Source of the DNA: Nitrososphaeraceae archaeon
GTDB taxonomy: Archaea > Thermoproteota > Nitrososphaeria > Nitrososphaerales > Nitrososphaeraceae
Assembly: GCA_035297365.1 (NCBI GenBank)
Contig: DATGZA010000050.1
Coordinates: 1-39,300 of the forward strand
Direction of reading: 5' to 3'
Length of the DNA stretch: 39,300 bases
Shown piece by piece: positions 20,518 through 30,358 of the stretch. Position 1 is the first letter of the stretch. Every line of letters starts with the position of its first letter. The position numbers and the translations under genes were made by a program. The notes under the pieces are model-generated. The model saw only the letters and a list, made by a program, of their open reading frames with translations. It was not told where the DNA came from and made no database searches.

Positions 20518-20608
20518 TTAATGTCTTAAAATCTTTAATTACTTAAATACGTTTTAATTATTAATAAAGATTTAAATATAGTTGTTATAAAAATTCGATA
20601 GAATTTCT

Positions 20609-20683
20609 GGTCATGTAGCTCAGCCTGGCTAGAGCGAAGGTTTTGTAAACCTTAGGTCGTGGGTCCAAATCCCACCATGACCT
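20609..20683 (+). tRNA. tRNA-Thr(UGU), atypical acceptor stem and T-loop
   Basis: Acceptor GGTCATG/CATGACC, D stem GCTC/GAGC, anticodon stem AAGGT/ACCTT with TGT at 20644-20646, T stem GTGGG/CCCAC, U73, no encoded CCA. Confidence 0.9.
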
Positions 20684-20742
20684 ATCACGGCTCAACTTAC
20701 CTAAAAGATCAAAATTGCTATCATACAACATAATCTATAAGC

Positions 20743-21540
20743 TCATGAATCTCTCCAAATTGCTTTAGTTTTTGCTAAAAATATGAAGGCAGTTGCATAT
20801 ACAATCTCAACAAAAATCCCAGTCCAAATACTCCATTCTTCTGGTATTTTTAAGCCCATTGAATACTGGATCATCAATGATGCATGTGTGGTTGGCACTA
20901 TATATGCAAAAGTTTGAAGCCAGTCAGGCAATTTTTCTATTGAATAGAATACTGGCGGAAGAACTGCAAGAAGTACATTTACAAACGATATGATCTGAGT
21001 TGCATTTTTCATATACAGCATTCTTGAGGATAAAAAGAACCCCATCGCAGATGTTGATATCCATATTACTAGGACCGTAAAAATCAACAAAGGAAGAAAA
21101 GATATAGAAAGACCAAAATAAAATAGCATTAATATTAAAATTACAAGAGCGGGAAGTCCAAAAAGTATTTCAGATAACGCAAGTCCTGTCATATATGTCA
21201 GAGATGAAACTGGAGATGCAACAAAAACTTCTTGAATTTTGTATTCTGTCTTGTAATATGAGATATCCTGACCCAATGCAAGTCCATATCCTACTAATGC
21301 CATGACTAGACTTCCAGAAACCGCATATTTTGAATATTGTCCGTCACTAATTACTAGCAATACAAATAGTATTGAAAATGGTGTAATAGCAGAAAAAACT
21401 AGCGAGAGAGGATTCCTCCTTAACCATAGAACTCCAGTTAGATATGCTATTAAGAAAATCTGATAGACAAAAAAATACTTTAATTTTATTCTACTTTTTC
21501 TCTCTTTTTGATTAAGGTCTAGGTTTCTTAAAGAATCCAT
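20743..21540 (-). CDS. ABC-2 type transporter permease
   Basis: About six TM helices; FVASPVS, PPVFYSIEKLPDWLQ, PTTHA patterns. Confidence 0.85.
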   Translation of the reverse strand: MDSLRNLDLNQKERKSRIKLKYFFVYQIFLIAYLTGVLWLRRNPLSLVFSAITPFSILFVLLVISDGQYSKYAVSGSLVMALVGYGLALGQDISYYKTEYKIQEVFVASPVSSLTYMTGLALSEILFGLPALVILILMLFYFGLSISFLPLLIFTVLVIWISTSAMGFFLSSRMLYMKNATQIISFVNVLLAVLPPVFYSIEKLPDWLQTFAYIVPTTHASLMIQYSMGLKIPEEWSIWTGIFVEIVYATAFIFLAKTKAIWRDS

Positions 21541-21605
21541 TATAATAGATAGTATGTGTGATATAGATATTTATAAAAAGATATTTTCTCATCATATCAT
21601 TTACA

Positions 21606-22508
21606 TTGAAATTAATTCATAAGGGTAAGGTAAAGGATGTATACGAAGGATCGGATTCTGAAGACCTTAATAGCAAAGAAACATTAATTTTTGTTTTTTC
21701 AGACAGAATTTCTGCATTTGATGTAATAATGAATCAAGAGATTCCCGAAAAAGGAAATATTTTGTGTAAATTTACAGATTTTTGGTTTAAACACTTGAAT
21801 GTTAGCAATCATATGATAAGAGTAATCGATAAAAACAAATTACTTGTGGAAAAACTTACCATGATACCCATTGAATGCATAGTAAGAGGATATTTCTATG
21901 GAAGTTTAGTTGAGAGGTTTAATAATCCCAATAAAACAAAATCAAATCACGCAAGGTGCATTCTACCTCCCAATTTTAATCCTGTATTGGCATCGAAATT
22001 ACCTTATCCGATTTTTGATCCAAGTACTAAATCTCATGATCATGATGTTGAGATTTCAAAAAAACAGATTATTTCCTCTAATATCCTTTCTGAAAAAGAT
22101 TTTGAGTATATTAAGGATAAATCAATTTCATTGTACAATCAGATGAATAAAATTATCGAAAATTCGGGTTTCATTATTTCTGATGTGAAATTCGAGTTTG
22201 GATTTAATAAGCGTGGAGATATCATTCTTGGAGATTCAGTAGGGCCTGATGAATTTAGACTATGGAAAAAAGATCTGTATCAGGAAGGACGGATCCAAGA
22301 TAGCTATGATAAACAATTGTTAAGAGATTGGTTAATCCAAATAGGTTATAAAAAGCAAGTTGATGAATTTGCTATCAAGGGAAAAAAACCGGAACCTCCG
22401 ATACTTCCAGGTGATTTGATCAATAAGATTTCGCAAAGATACATTTTTGCTTATGAAAAATTAACAGGACACAAATATAATGATCAGTTGCCCACTTCCG
22501 ATTATTGA
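21606..22508 (+). CDS. purC: SAICAR synthetase
   Basis: GKVKDVY, SDRISAFD, IECIVRGY, DVKFEFG, PDEFRLW, SYDKQ. Confidence 0.97.
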   Translation: MKLIHKGKVKDVYEGSDSEDLNSKETLIFVFSDRISAFDVIMNQEIPEKGNILCKFTDFWFKHLNVSNHMIRVIDKNKLLVEKLTMIPIECIVRGYFYGSLVERFNNPNKTKSNHARCILPPNFNPVLASKLPYPIFDPSTKSHDHDVEISKKQIISSNILSEKDFEYIKDKSISLYNQMNKIIENSGFIISDVKFEFGFNKRGDIILGDSVGPDEFRLWKKDLYQEGRIQDSYDKQLLRDWLIQIGYKKQVDEFAIKGKKPEPPILPGDLINKISQRYIFAYEKLTGHKYNDQLPTSDY

Positions 22509-22532
22509 CAATAAAATCCTTTTTTAAGAATT

Positions 22533-22958
22533 TTAGTAATCATCTACGGATATAGTTAAAATTCCTTTAGTATTTTTTTTTTGCAAATATGAAATAATCT
22601 CTCGTGGTATATTATTTGAACCTCTATCACATCTTACTGATACCGTCCTGGGACACACAAAATTGGTTGTTCTGATTACAATATCATTTTTATTTTCTAA
22701 CGTTAGATTTCTATTTCCACGACCGAAGGCCTCGAAAGATGAACCCTCTACTGTGAATTCAAATTTTATTTTTATCTCGTCATCTTGCATTAATTTTTTT
22801 AACTTTGGATTGATATCACTGCAAGCTTTGTTAGAATTGATTCCTATTATACAGTCGCCACTTTTAGTAAGGTAACTGTCTTTTGTTATCTCTATTGCCC
22901 TCGGATGCAATCCCAAGACATTTGGATGCCCATAATAAATTATCTCATCACATATCAT
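22533..22958 (-). CDS. DUF371 family protein
   Basis: GHPNV..H....EITKD.YLT..GDCIIG, DIVIR. Confidence 0.88.
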   Translation of the reverse strand: MICDEIIYYGHPNVLGLHPRAIEITKDSYLTKSGDCIIGINSNKACSDINPKLKKLMQDDEIKIKFEFTVEGSSFEAFGRGNRNLTLENKNDIVIRTTNFVCPRTVSVRCDRGSNNIPREIISYLQKKNTKGILTISVDDY

Positions 22959-23021
22959 TACAAACTAGAATCGGTTAATAAGGTAAATTTAAATTAAACA
23001 CTACAAAGTAGTAATATCGCA

Positions 23022-23771
23022 TTGTTACCAGCAGCAGCAGGATATGATAGAGCTATAACGGTATTTTCTCCTGATGGGAGATTGTATCAGGTTGAATATG
23101 CAATTGAAACAGTCAGAAGAGGAACTCTAGCTATCGGAATAAAATGTAAAGAGGGTGTTCTCTTGGCAGTTGAAGAAAAAACTCGTAAATTGCAGGTTTC
23201 TGACGTCACACAGAAGATTTTTCAAATTGATGATCATATTGGAGTTGCTGCCGCAGGATATATTCCTGATGCAAGGGCTCAAGTAGATCATGCAAGATTT
23301 TTCGCTCAAAGTAATAAATTAATATATGATGAACCGGTGGACGTTGAAGTAGTTGCAAAGAATATCGCAGATATGTCTCAACAATTGACGCAATATGCGG
23401 GAGTTCGTCCGTATGGTGTAGCTTTGATCATAGCAGGAGTTGATGAAGTAGGAGGAGAATTATTCCTGACAGACCCAAGTGGTACTTTTATAGGATATGA
23501 AGCCATCGCAATTGGACAAGGAAGTGATGAAGTAAACGAGTTTCTTGAAAAAGCCTATAAACACAATCTATCTCTTGACGAAGTCGGAAAGTTGGCTTTA
23601 GAATCTATCAATATGGTAAGCGATGAAAAGGTTGGAATTTCTCATGTGAAAATGTCAATTATAGAAAAAGATAGCAAAATAATGAGAAAAGTAAAGGATC
23701 AAGAGATTGAGAGATTTTCAAAACTAGCTAAAGAAAATCCAACAAATCCTAAGGATAAACCATCTCCATAA
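23022..23771 (+). CDS. psmA: Proteasome subunit alpha
   Basis: YDRAITVFSPDGRLYQVEYA, RPYGV, TDPSG. Confidence 0.98.
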   Translation: MLPAAAGYDRAITVFSPDGRLYQVEYAIETVRRGTLAIGIKCKEGVLLAVEEKTRKLQVSDVTQKIFQIDDHIGVAAAGYIPDARAQVDHARFFAQSNKLIYDEPVDVEVVAKNIADMSQQLTQYAGVRPYGVALIIAGVDEVGGELFLTDPSGTFIGYEAIAIGQGSDEVNEFLEKAYKHNLSLDEVGKLALESINMVSDEKVGISHVKMSIIEKDSKIMRKVKDQEIERFSKLAKENPTNPKDKPSP

Positions 23772-23823
23772 TAAATTTTATTTAAACGATCATTTTTATT
23801 ATTATAAAATTATTTGATTTACA

Positions 23824-24486
23824 TTGACTGTGCAAATTGGAGTAAAGGCTCCAAATATTCATGTCTCTGAATGGGTTCAAGGTTTACCTACCAATATAGA
23901 CAAAAATATCGGAAAAGTAATTCTAGTAGAGGTATTTCAGGTCAATTGTCCAGGATGTTTTATGTATGCTCTCCCAAGTTCAATACAAATTTACAAAAAA
24001 TATTCTAGAGACGACGTTATTGTTCTAGGATTAGCTACTGCTTTTGAAGACTACGATAAAAATACTCTTGATAATCTAAAATTGTTATTGACTTCTGGCG
24101 AGGTTATTGGCGACACTCTGAATGCCTTGAGACAGTATGAACAATTGATAGAAAATAACAAACTAACATACAAGATTCCCTTTCCTGTGGGTATGGATAT
24201 TCTAAAAAGAATGGAGCGAAATTTCTCTGATAATTATGTCATAGATTTTATGGAAGCAAATATTGAAAATTACAATTCCTATCCTGATTCAGATAAAAAG
24301 ATTATTTTTGAAAGGGTTAAACATTATTTACGAAATAAAGAATATTCTGCTATGACTTTTGAAACATACAGGCTACAGGGAACTCCTTCTATGATAGTCG
24401 TAGATAGAAAAGGCATCTTGAGAAATGTATCGTTTGGAGCAAACAATTTTCTTCATGATCTTATAAATCAGCTCGTAAATGAATGA
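23824..24486 (+). CDS. Thioredoxin-fold redoxin (TlpA/AhpC-TSA like)
   Basis: VEVFQVNCPGC CxxC motif; QGTPSMIVVDRKG cis-Pro loop. Confidence 0.85.
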   Translation: MTVQIGVKAPNIHVSEWVQGLPTNIDKNIGKVILVEVFQVNCPGCFMYALPSSIQIYKKYSRDDVIVLGLATAFEDYDKNTLDNLKLLLTSGEVIGDTLNALRQYEQLIENNKLTYKIPFPVGMDILKRMERNFSDNYVIDFMEANIENYNSYPDSDKKIIFERVKHYLRNKEYSAMTFETYRLQGTPSMIVVDRKGILRNVSFGANNFLHDLINQLVNE

Positions 24487-25538
24487 ATTTCCATAATAGA
24501 TGTATAAATCTTAATGTTGCAATTCCAAGCTCATCGCTTATGGATGAAGAAACATTACGAGATAAAACAATAAAGATATCAAGGTTTGCACGTGCGTTCT
24601 CTATTTTTGGGGTAAAAAAAGTATTTATCTATAATGACAATAAACGGAGACAATATAGTGTAAATAAATTTAAGAAAAATAAACATAAAAATGATTTAAA
24701 CATAATTGGGGATGAATCTAATATTTTGAAATTAATTTTAGAATATTTAGATACGCCTCAGTATTTGCGGAAGGCTTTATATCCGATTTGCAATGAATTA
24801 AAATTTGCTGGACTATTAGACCCCATAAAGTCTCCTCATCATAAGAAAAAAATTCCTCTGGATCAGATTAAAGAAGGCGACTTGAGAATCGGCTTTCTAG
24901 TGAATAAAGCGGATCATAAAGATTTCTCAAAACTTAGAGACAGAAAAATGGATAATAATTCATTTAATAAAAGAATAAGAACAGACCTTTCGTTTAAATT
25001 TCCTGATGATTTTAGAAGGGTGAAATTTTGGCATAATAAAAATAATAATCAAACCGATATGTATGTTGATATTGGACTAGATTATTTAATTCCTTTTTAT
25101 GGAAATAATGATCTTGTTGGACAGAGAGTTGATATAAAGATTATTGGAAAGTACCCAAATATTAAGGCCGTACAAGCTTTCAAGAAAGATTTGGAAAATA
25201 TCTATTGGGGTTATAAAGTTTCAATTGTTCCCTCTTTAGATCACATTTTCAGACAAGAAGATAAAAATACATTCATTCTCTTGACCTCTAGAAAAGGAGG
25301 ACGTTTCAAAGATAATGAGGCAAGATTCAAAGAATTTATAACGCATTATGACAATCTCTTGATTGTTTTCGGCTCTCCTACTAAAGGTTTAGATGAAATT
25401 TATCCTAATATTGAACAATTAGCTACAAGAAAGTCTTGCTTTTATTCTAATCTCTTTCCAAATCAACATACGGAGACGATAAGATTAGAAGAAGCAGTTT
25501 TGGGCTCTTTATCCATCTTGAATTATCTTTTAAAGTGA
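24483..25538 (+). CDS. SPOUT RNA methyltransferase (DUF171/SPOUT1 family)
   Basis: ARAFSIFGV, YLDTPQYLRK, YWGY, VFGSP, PNQHTETIRLEEA; upstream of rpl3. Confidence 0.92.
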   Translation: MNFHNRCINLNVAIPSSSLMDEETLRDKTIKISRFARAFSIFGVKKVFIYNDNKRRQYSVNKFKKNKHKNDLNIIGDESNILKLILEYLDTPQYLRKALYPICNELKFAGLLDPIKSPHHKKKIPLDQIKEGDLRIGFLVNKADHKDFSKLRDRKMDNNSFNKRIRTDLSFKFPDDFRRVKFWHNKNNNQTDMYVDIGLDYLIPFYGNNDLVGQRVDIKIIGKYPNIKAVQAFKKDLENIYWGYKVSIVPSLDHIFRQEDKNTFILLTSRKGGRFKDNEARFKEFITHYDNLLIVFGSPTKGLDEIYPNIEQLATRKSCFYSNLFPNQHTETIRLEEAVLGSLSILNYLLK

Positions 25539-25682
25539 TATGATAATACTCAATCCTATTAATTAATTAAATTAAAATTATAACCTAGTTAAGACTTGGT
25601 GGAAATCTAAATTAAATACTCTTTTTGACTGACATCGGGATATAAATTTATTAATGGGATCGGGAGGTTTTTTGCTGTATCC

Positions 25683-26705
25683 ATGGGTCATAGAAAGTAC
25701 AGTGCTCCAAGGCGTGGTAGTCTAGCGTTTTATCCTAGAGTAAGAGCTAAAAGTCTTGAAGCAAGAATTAGAACATGGCCAGAACAACACACAGAGAAGA
25801 ATTCTCTTTTGGGTTTTGCTGGTTTTAAGGCAGGTCAAATTCAAATATTGACATTAGATGATAAAGAAAAGACTCCAAATTTTGGCAAACAACTTGATAA
25901 CAATTCTACTGTCATAGCCACACCTCCAATTACTGTTATTGCCATTCGTTGTTACAAAAAAGACGCCTATGGTGAAAAGGTACTTTTTGATGCATATTCT
26001 AAAGAATTACCAAAAGAATTAGAAAGAAAATTTAAAACCAAATACAATGAAGAGTTATTTAAAAATATAGAATCTTCTTTTGATTCAATATCTTCGATCC
26101 TTGCCATAGTCTCTGTTTCTCCAAAAAAAGTGAGTCTTTCTCAGAAAAAACCATTTGTTTTTGAAGTAGGAGTATCAGGTAAAGATGTAAAATCCAAATA
26201 TGAATATCTTAAAAGTATACTCGGTAAGGAGCTTAGAATTTCAGACGTCTTTCAAAATGGTCAATATATTGACGTTTTAGGAATTACTCGAGGAAAAGGT
26301 ATTGAAGGACCTATTACTCGTTTTGGTGTCAAAAGAAAACAGCACAAGTCTAGAAAGAGTGTTAGGGCAGTAGGAACCCTGGGCCCCATTTCTCCTGCAG
26401 TTGTTATGTACTCTGTAGCAAGACAGGGTCAAATGGGATTTCACCAAAGAACCGAATATAACAAAAGAATATTGATTATTTCTTCCTCTGACGTTGCGGG
26501 TTCAACAATGTCACCAGATTCATCATTAGCTAGGATAAATCCAAAGGGCGGCTTCAAGCATTTTGGTTTGGTAAAATCTGACTATATAGTTGTTAGAGGA
26601 TCAGTTCCAGGGGTTCCGAAGAGATTAGTTAAAATGAGACAACCCATAAGAAATCCGGTAAAGAAGATTATTGAACCAAAAGTATTGGAGGTAATTGTTA
26701 GATGA
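25683..26705 (+). CDS. rpl3: Ribosomal protein uL3
   Basis: PRRGSLAFYPR, GFKAG, GQMGFHQRTEYNKRI, GSVPG. Confidence 0.98.
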   Translation: MGHRKYSAPRRGSLAFYPRVRAKSLEARIRTWPEQHTEKNSLLGFAGFKAGQIQILTLDDKEKTPNFGKQLDNNSTVIATPPITVIAIRCYKKDAYGEKVLFDAYSKELPKELERKFKTKYNEELFKNIESSFDSISSILAIVSVSPKKVSLSQKKPFVFEVGVSGKDVKSKYEYLKSILGKELRISDVFQNGQYIDVLGITRGKGIEGPITRFGVKRKQHKSRKSVRAVGTLGPISPAVVMYSVARQGQMGFHQRTEYNKRILIISSSDVAGSTMSPDSSLARINPKGGFKHFGLVKSDYIVVRGSVPGVPKRLVKMRQPIRNPVKKIIEPKVLEVIVR

Positions 26706-27508
26706 ATACAGTTAAAGTTTTGGGTATGGATGGAAAGGAAAAAGAGCATATTGAACTTCCTTCAGTTTTTTCTACTCCTTATAAACCAAGAGTAATTCAA
26801 AAAGTTTACAATCATTTAAACTCTCATTCCTTTCAAATCCAGGGAAGGTATCCAGGAGCTGGACAGATGGTGAGTGCTGAATCACGAAATACTGGTTTAG
26901 GAATTGCTAGAATCGCTAGGGCAAGAGGTGAAGGTTTTCCCAGAGCGGGTCAAGCTGCTGGTGTAGCTGGGGTTAGAAAGGGAAGGGTAGCTCATCCTCC
27001 TGTTTCTTGGAAAAATATCTATAAGAAAATCAACAAGAAAGAAAAAAAATTAGCGTTATGCTCTGCAATTGCAGCGACCTCAAATCGAGATCTTGTAAAA
27101 CAGAGAGGGCATTTATTAAGTAATGACATTTCATTACCAATTGTAGTTTCTGGAGAAATAGAATCATTATTAAAATCTAAAGATCTAGAAAAATTTCTGG
27201 AGAAAATAGGATTAAAAGAAGATCTCACGAGGACGCATATCAAGAGAAACAAGAACAATAGAAAGTACTCTTCCAACAGGAGATCAGGACTGTCCGCTTT
27301 AATTCTAGTGAGCGATGAAGAGAAGATTGGACGGTTAAATAATTCGCTTCCAGGGGTTTCGATAAGGGCTGTAAAGAATTTGAGCGTCCTAGATCTAGCT
27401 CCGGGGTCTCGACCTATACGGCTTACTGTATTTTCTGAAAAAGCTATAGAGGAATTAAAAAATATCAAATCAATTTGCAATGTATTAATGGAGATGGTAC
27501 AAAAATGA
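26702..27508 (+). CDS. rpl4: Ribosomal protein uL4
   Basis: SAES..TGLGIARIAR, GRVAHPP, SAIAAT, LDLAPG. Confidence 0.97.
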   Translation: MNTVKVLGMDGKEKEHIELPSVFSTPYKPRVIQKVYNHLNSHSFQIQGRYPGAGQMVSAESRNTGLGIARIARARGEGFPRAGQAAGVAGVRKGRVAHPPVSWKNIYKKINKKEKKLALCSAIAATSNRDLVKQRGHLLSNDISLPIVVSGEIESLLKSKDLEKFLEKIGLKEDLTRTHIKRNKNNRKYSSNRRSGLSALILVSDEEKIGRLNNSLPGVSIRAVKNLSVLDLAPGSRPIRLTVFSEKAIEELKNIKSICNVLMEMVQK

Positions 27509-27855
27509 AAAAGAAACTTCTGTCTTTAAAATCTTCAAGGATAGCAACCAAGAAGACAGGTAAGAAGGTTATCGGGTCAGAAAATGGTGTCAGGGAACTG
27601 CATGAAAAACCTGTTATTATCACCCCATATAATACCGAAAAGTCATTTAATTTGATTGAAAAAGAAAAAAAATTGACGTTTATAGTGGATGAAAATGCAG
27701 ATAAGATTTCCATAAAGCGAGAATTAAAAGAACTTTACGAAGCTGATATTGTAGAGGTTAACACGGCAAGAACGATAGAAGGAAAGAAAGCTTTTGCGAA
27801 GTTCAGGGATCTAGATTCAGCACGAGATCTTGCAACAAAACTGGGATTGGTGTAA
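27505..27855 (+). CDS. rpl23: Ribosomal protein uL23 with N-terminal extension
   Basis: PYNTEK, LTFIVD, VNT...GKKA, LATKLG; ATGA overlap with rpl4 stop. Confidence 0.93.
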   Translation: MKKKLLSLKSSRIATKKTGKKVIGSENGVRELHEKPVIITPYNTEKSFNLIEKEKKLTFIVDENADKISIKRELKELYEADIVEVNTARTIEGKKAFAKFRDLDSARDLATKLGLV

Positions 27856-27970
27856 AGTTTCTTGAATTTAGTAGTATGTTATCCTAAAAAGAATGCAGTT
27901 AAATTATTATCATCTTGTCAAACAATTCCAGGTAGATTTAAAAATAAGACCCCAGAGGTACAGTATAAGA

Positions 27971-28378
27971 TTGGTTAGAGAATTTAAATTTCGAGGATAT
28001 AATCAAGAACAATTAAAATCCATATCTATAGAGTCTTTGTTGCCTTTGCTTAATGCAAGGCAAAGACGTTCATTAAACAAACGAGTTGGTGTGTATATGA
28101 ACGACCAAAAACGAAAACTGAGATCTGAAATCAAGCTTGCTAGAGCTGGCACTTTAAAAAATAAACTGAAAACTCATGTCAGGGACATGATTATTCTACC
28201 AGATATGATTGGTCTTGCAATTAGTGTTCATAATGGAAAAGAGTTTTTCGATATTAATATAAAACCGGAAATGGTAGGACACTATCTTGGCGAATATTCT
28301 ATTACAAATAAAAGGGTTCAACATGGCTCACCTGGTGTAGGATCTTCGAGATCCAGTTTGTACGTACCGTTAAAATAA
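27971..28378 (+). CDS. rps19: Ribosomal protein uS19
   Basis: FKFRG, KTHVRDMIILP, GHYLGEYS, SSLYVPLK; TTG 27971 chosen as start. Confidence 0.96.
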   Translation: MVREFKFRGYNQEQLKSISIESLLPLLNARQRRSLNKRVGVYMNDQKRKLRSEIKLARAGTLKNKLKTHVRDMIILPDMIGLAISVHNGKEFFDINIKPEMVGHYLGEYSITNKRVQHGSPGVGSSRSSLYVPLK

Positions 28379-28403
28379 TTTATGGAAAGTGTGATAATAA
28401 AAA

Positions 28404-28880
28404 ATGCCTCATTATATTTATGCATATAAAAATTTTGACAAAACAAGACAAGTAAGATCCGCCCTCAGGGAGATGGATATTTCCCATAAACACGCAAGAG
28501 AAATTGCCGTTGCAATAAAAAACATGTCTATTGAAAAAGCGCGAATTTTTCTTGAAGCAGTTTTAAATAAAGAAATTGCGGTTCCATTTAGGCGATACAA
28601 TAATGAAGTAGCTCATAGATCTAACATAAAAGATGGATTTAGTGCGGGAAGATTTCCGTCTAAGGCTAGTCAGGAATTCCTAAAACTCTTAGATAACTTG
28701 GAAAGCAATGCAGAGTATAAGGGAATGGATCTAGATAGACTAAAGATAGTAAATATTGTTGTGCATAAAGGCACCAAATTAAAAAGATTTACTCCCAGAG
28801 CTATGGGGAGAGCTAGTCCCAAATTCGACACGCTAGTACATGTAGAAATGGTTGCTCAGGAGAGTACTGTAACAGAATGA
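28404..28880 (+). CDS. rpl22: Ribosomal protein uL22
   Basis: ISHKHAREI, VPFRRYN, GRFP, PRAMGRA. Confidence 0.96.
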   Translation: MPHYIYAYKNFDKTRQVRSALREMDISHKHAREIAVAIKNMSIEKARIFLEAVLNKEIAVPFRRYNNEVAHRSNIKDGFSAGRFPSKASQEFLKLLDNLESNAEYKGMDLDRLKIVNIVVHKGTKLKRFTPRAMGRASPKFDTLVHVEMVAQESTVTE

Positions 28881-29812
28881 ACGCTGCAAAAAATGTAATG
28901 ATAAATAATTACAAGAATATGGAACTAGACAGTTACCTGAAAGAAACATTGAAGGAAACTGGTTATGGCGGGGTAGAGATACAAAAAACACCGATTGGAA
29001 CTAGAATTACATTATATGTAACAAGGCCAGGCTTGGTTATTGGAAGAAAAGGTGTCGGTATCAAAGATCTTACAGCAAAATTAGAATCAAATTTCGGATT
29101 AAGTAATCCACAAGTTTCTGTAATGGAGATCGAGGTTCCCGAGTTAAATCCAAAAATAATGGCAAATAGAATTGCGCAGCTTATCGAGAGAGGTACTGCT
29201 TTCAGAAGAGCGGCTATGTGGACTTTAAATACAGTAATGAACGCCGGTGCCCTTGGTACAGAAGTAACTATAGCAGGAAAACTTAGAAGTGAAAGAGCCC
29301 ATTTTGAAAAACATACCTCTGGAATTATTCCAAAAAGCGGAAATGTTGCGGATCGAGTGGTAAAAGTTGGAGTGACTAACGTTTTGACGAAGATGGGGCT
29401 TATGGGAATACAATTGCGAATTGCATTGAAGAATGAAATACCATCTGAATTTCAGTTAAATGTTGAATCAAGAAAAGATAGCGATACCGCCAAAGAAGCG
29501 GAAGGTACAGCATCTTCATCTTCATCTGTGGCTTCATCAGAAAAAGAAAATACGGAAAAAACCTTACTAACCCCAAGCAGTCAAAAAAGTGCTAATACTG
29601 GAAATGAATCACAGAAAAAGGAGAAAATAAATCCATCGATTGGATCAAGACCTAGAAAGGACTCTTATTCAAATGAAGGAAAATATACTGGTTATAATAA
29701 TACTCAGAGAGATGTTCTCAGAAGAGAAAATAAAACCCAGGAAGAAATCAAACAACAACAAAATCCGTTACAAGAATCACGTAGAAAAAAAAGTGAACAT
29801 GTGGGAGCGTAG
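28877..29812 (+). CDS. rps3: Ribosomal protein uS3 with long C-terminal tail
   Basis: RPGLVIGRKG KH motif, FRRAA, GKLRSERA. Confidence 0.96.
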   Translation: MNAAKNVMINNYKNMELDSYLKETLKETGYGGVEIQKTPIGTRITLYVTRPGLVIGRKGVGIKDLTAKLESNFGLSNPQVSVMEIEVPELNPKIMANRIAQLIERGTAFRRAAMWTLNTVMNAGALGTEVTIAGKLRSERAHFEKHTSGIIPKSGNVADRVVKVGVTNVLTKMGLMGIQLRIALKNEIPSEFQLNVESRKDSDTAKEAEGTASSSSSVASSEKENTEKTLLTPSSQKSANTGNESQKKEKINPSIGSRPRKDSYSNEGKYTGYNNTQRDVLRRENKTQEEIKQQQNPLQESRRKKSEHVGA

Positions 29813-29821
29813 AACGTAGAA

Positions 29822-30028
29822 ATGGGGAGAATTAAACTAAATACTCTTAAAGAAATGAACGATAAAGATCTTGAAGATAAATTACTTGAATTTAAAGCCG
29901 ATCTTGCAAAACTGAGATCAGAGGGTGCAAAGGGGACACTGAAAAAGGAAAGCTCCAGTATTAGATGGGCCAGAAGGGATATTGCAAGAATTCTCACACT
30001 CATTAATGAGAGAAGCCATAAAAAATGA
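29822..30028 (+). CDS. rpl29: Ribosomal protein uL29
   Basis: IRWARRDIARILT; position. Confidence 0.93.
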   Translation: MGRIKLNTLKEMNDKDLEDKLLEFKADLAKLRSEGAKGTLKKESSSIRWARRDIARILTLINERSHKK

Positions 30029-30077
30029 AAATTCAGTTTTTTCAGACAAATACAATTGAACATGGACGAGCTAACGT

Positions 30078-30350
30078 ATGATTTCCATTGAAAATCTCGT
30101 CTATCATGAGCTTGTTGGTTTAAAGATAAAAATCCTGTTGAGTACTCAAAATAATATGAAAAATTTACTAGGCAGTATTATTTTTGAAACAAAGAATATG
30201 TTAATATTAAGAACATCGAATGGAATTAAAAAAATTCCAAAAAAGACAATAGAAAAATGTGCTGTTTATTTACCATCAAACGTTTGCTTTATAAGTGGTA
30301 ATAATATGATAGGAAGACCAGAAGATAGGATTTTAAAGATAAAGAGATGA
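30078..30350 (+). CDS. rnp1: Ribonuclease P protein subunit Rpp29
   Basis: HELVGL, ETKNML, GRPEDR; position. Confidence 0.92.
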   Translation: MISIENLVYHELVGLKIKILLSTQNNMKNLLGSIIFETKNMLILRTSNGIKKIPKKTIEKCAVYLPSNVCFISGNNMIGRPEDRILKIKR

Positions 30351-30358
30351 TAGTGTGA

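Noticed and set aside
20684-21540. Integrated element at the tRNA-Thr 3' end
   Set aside because: No integrase nearby and no repeat of the tRNA 3' end seen in the window
27893-27970. N-terminal extension of uS19 in the ORF track
   Set aside because: Homology begins at TTG 27971 and a TATA-like box lies inside the extension
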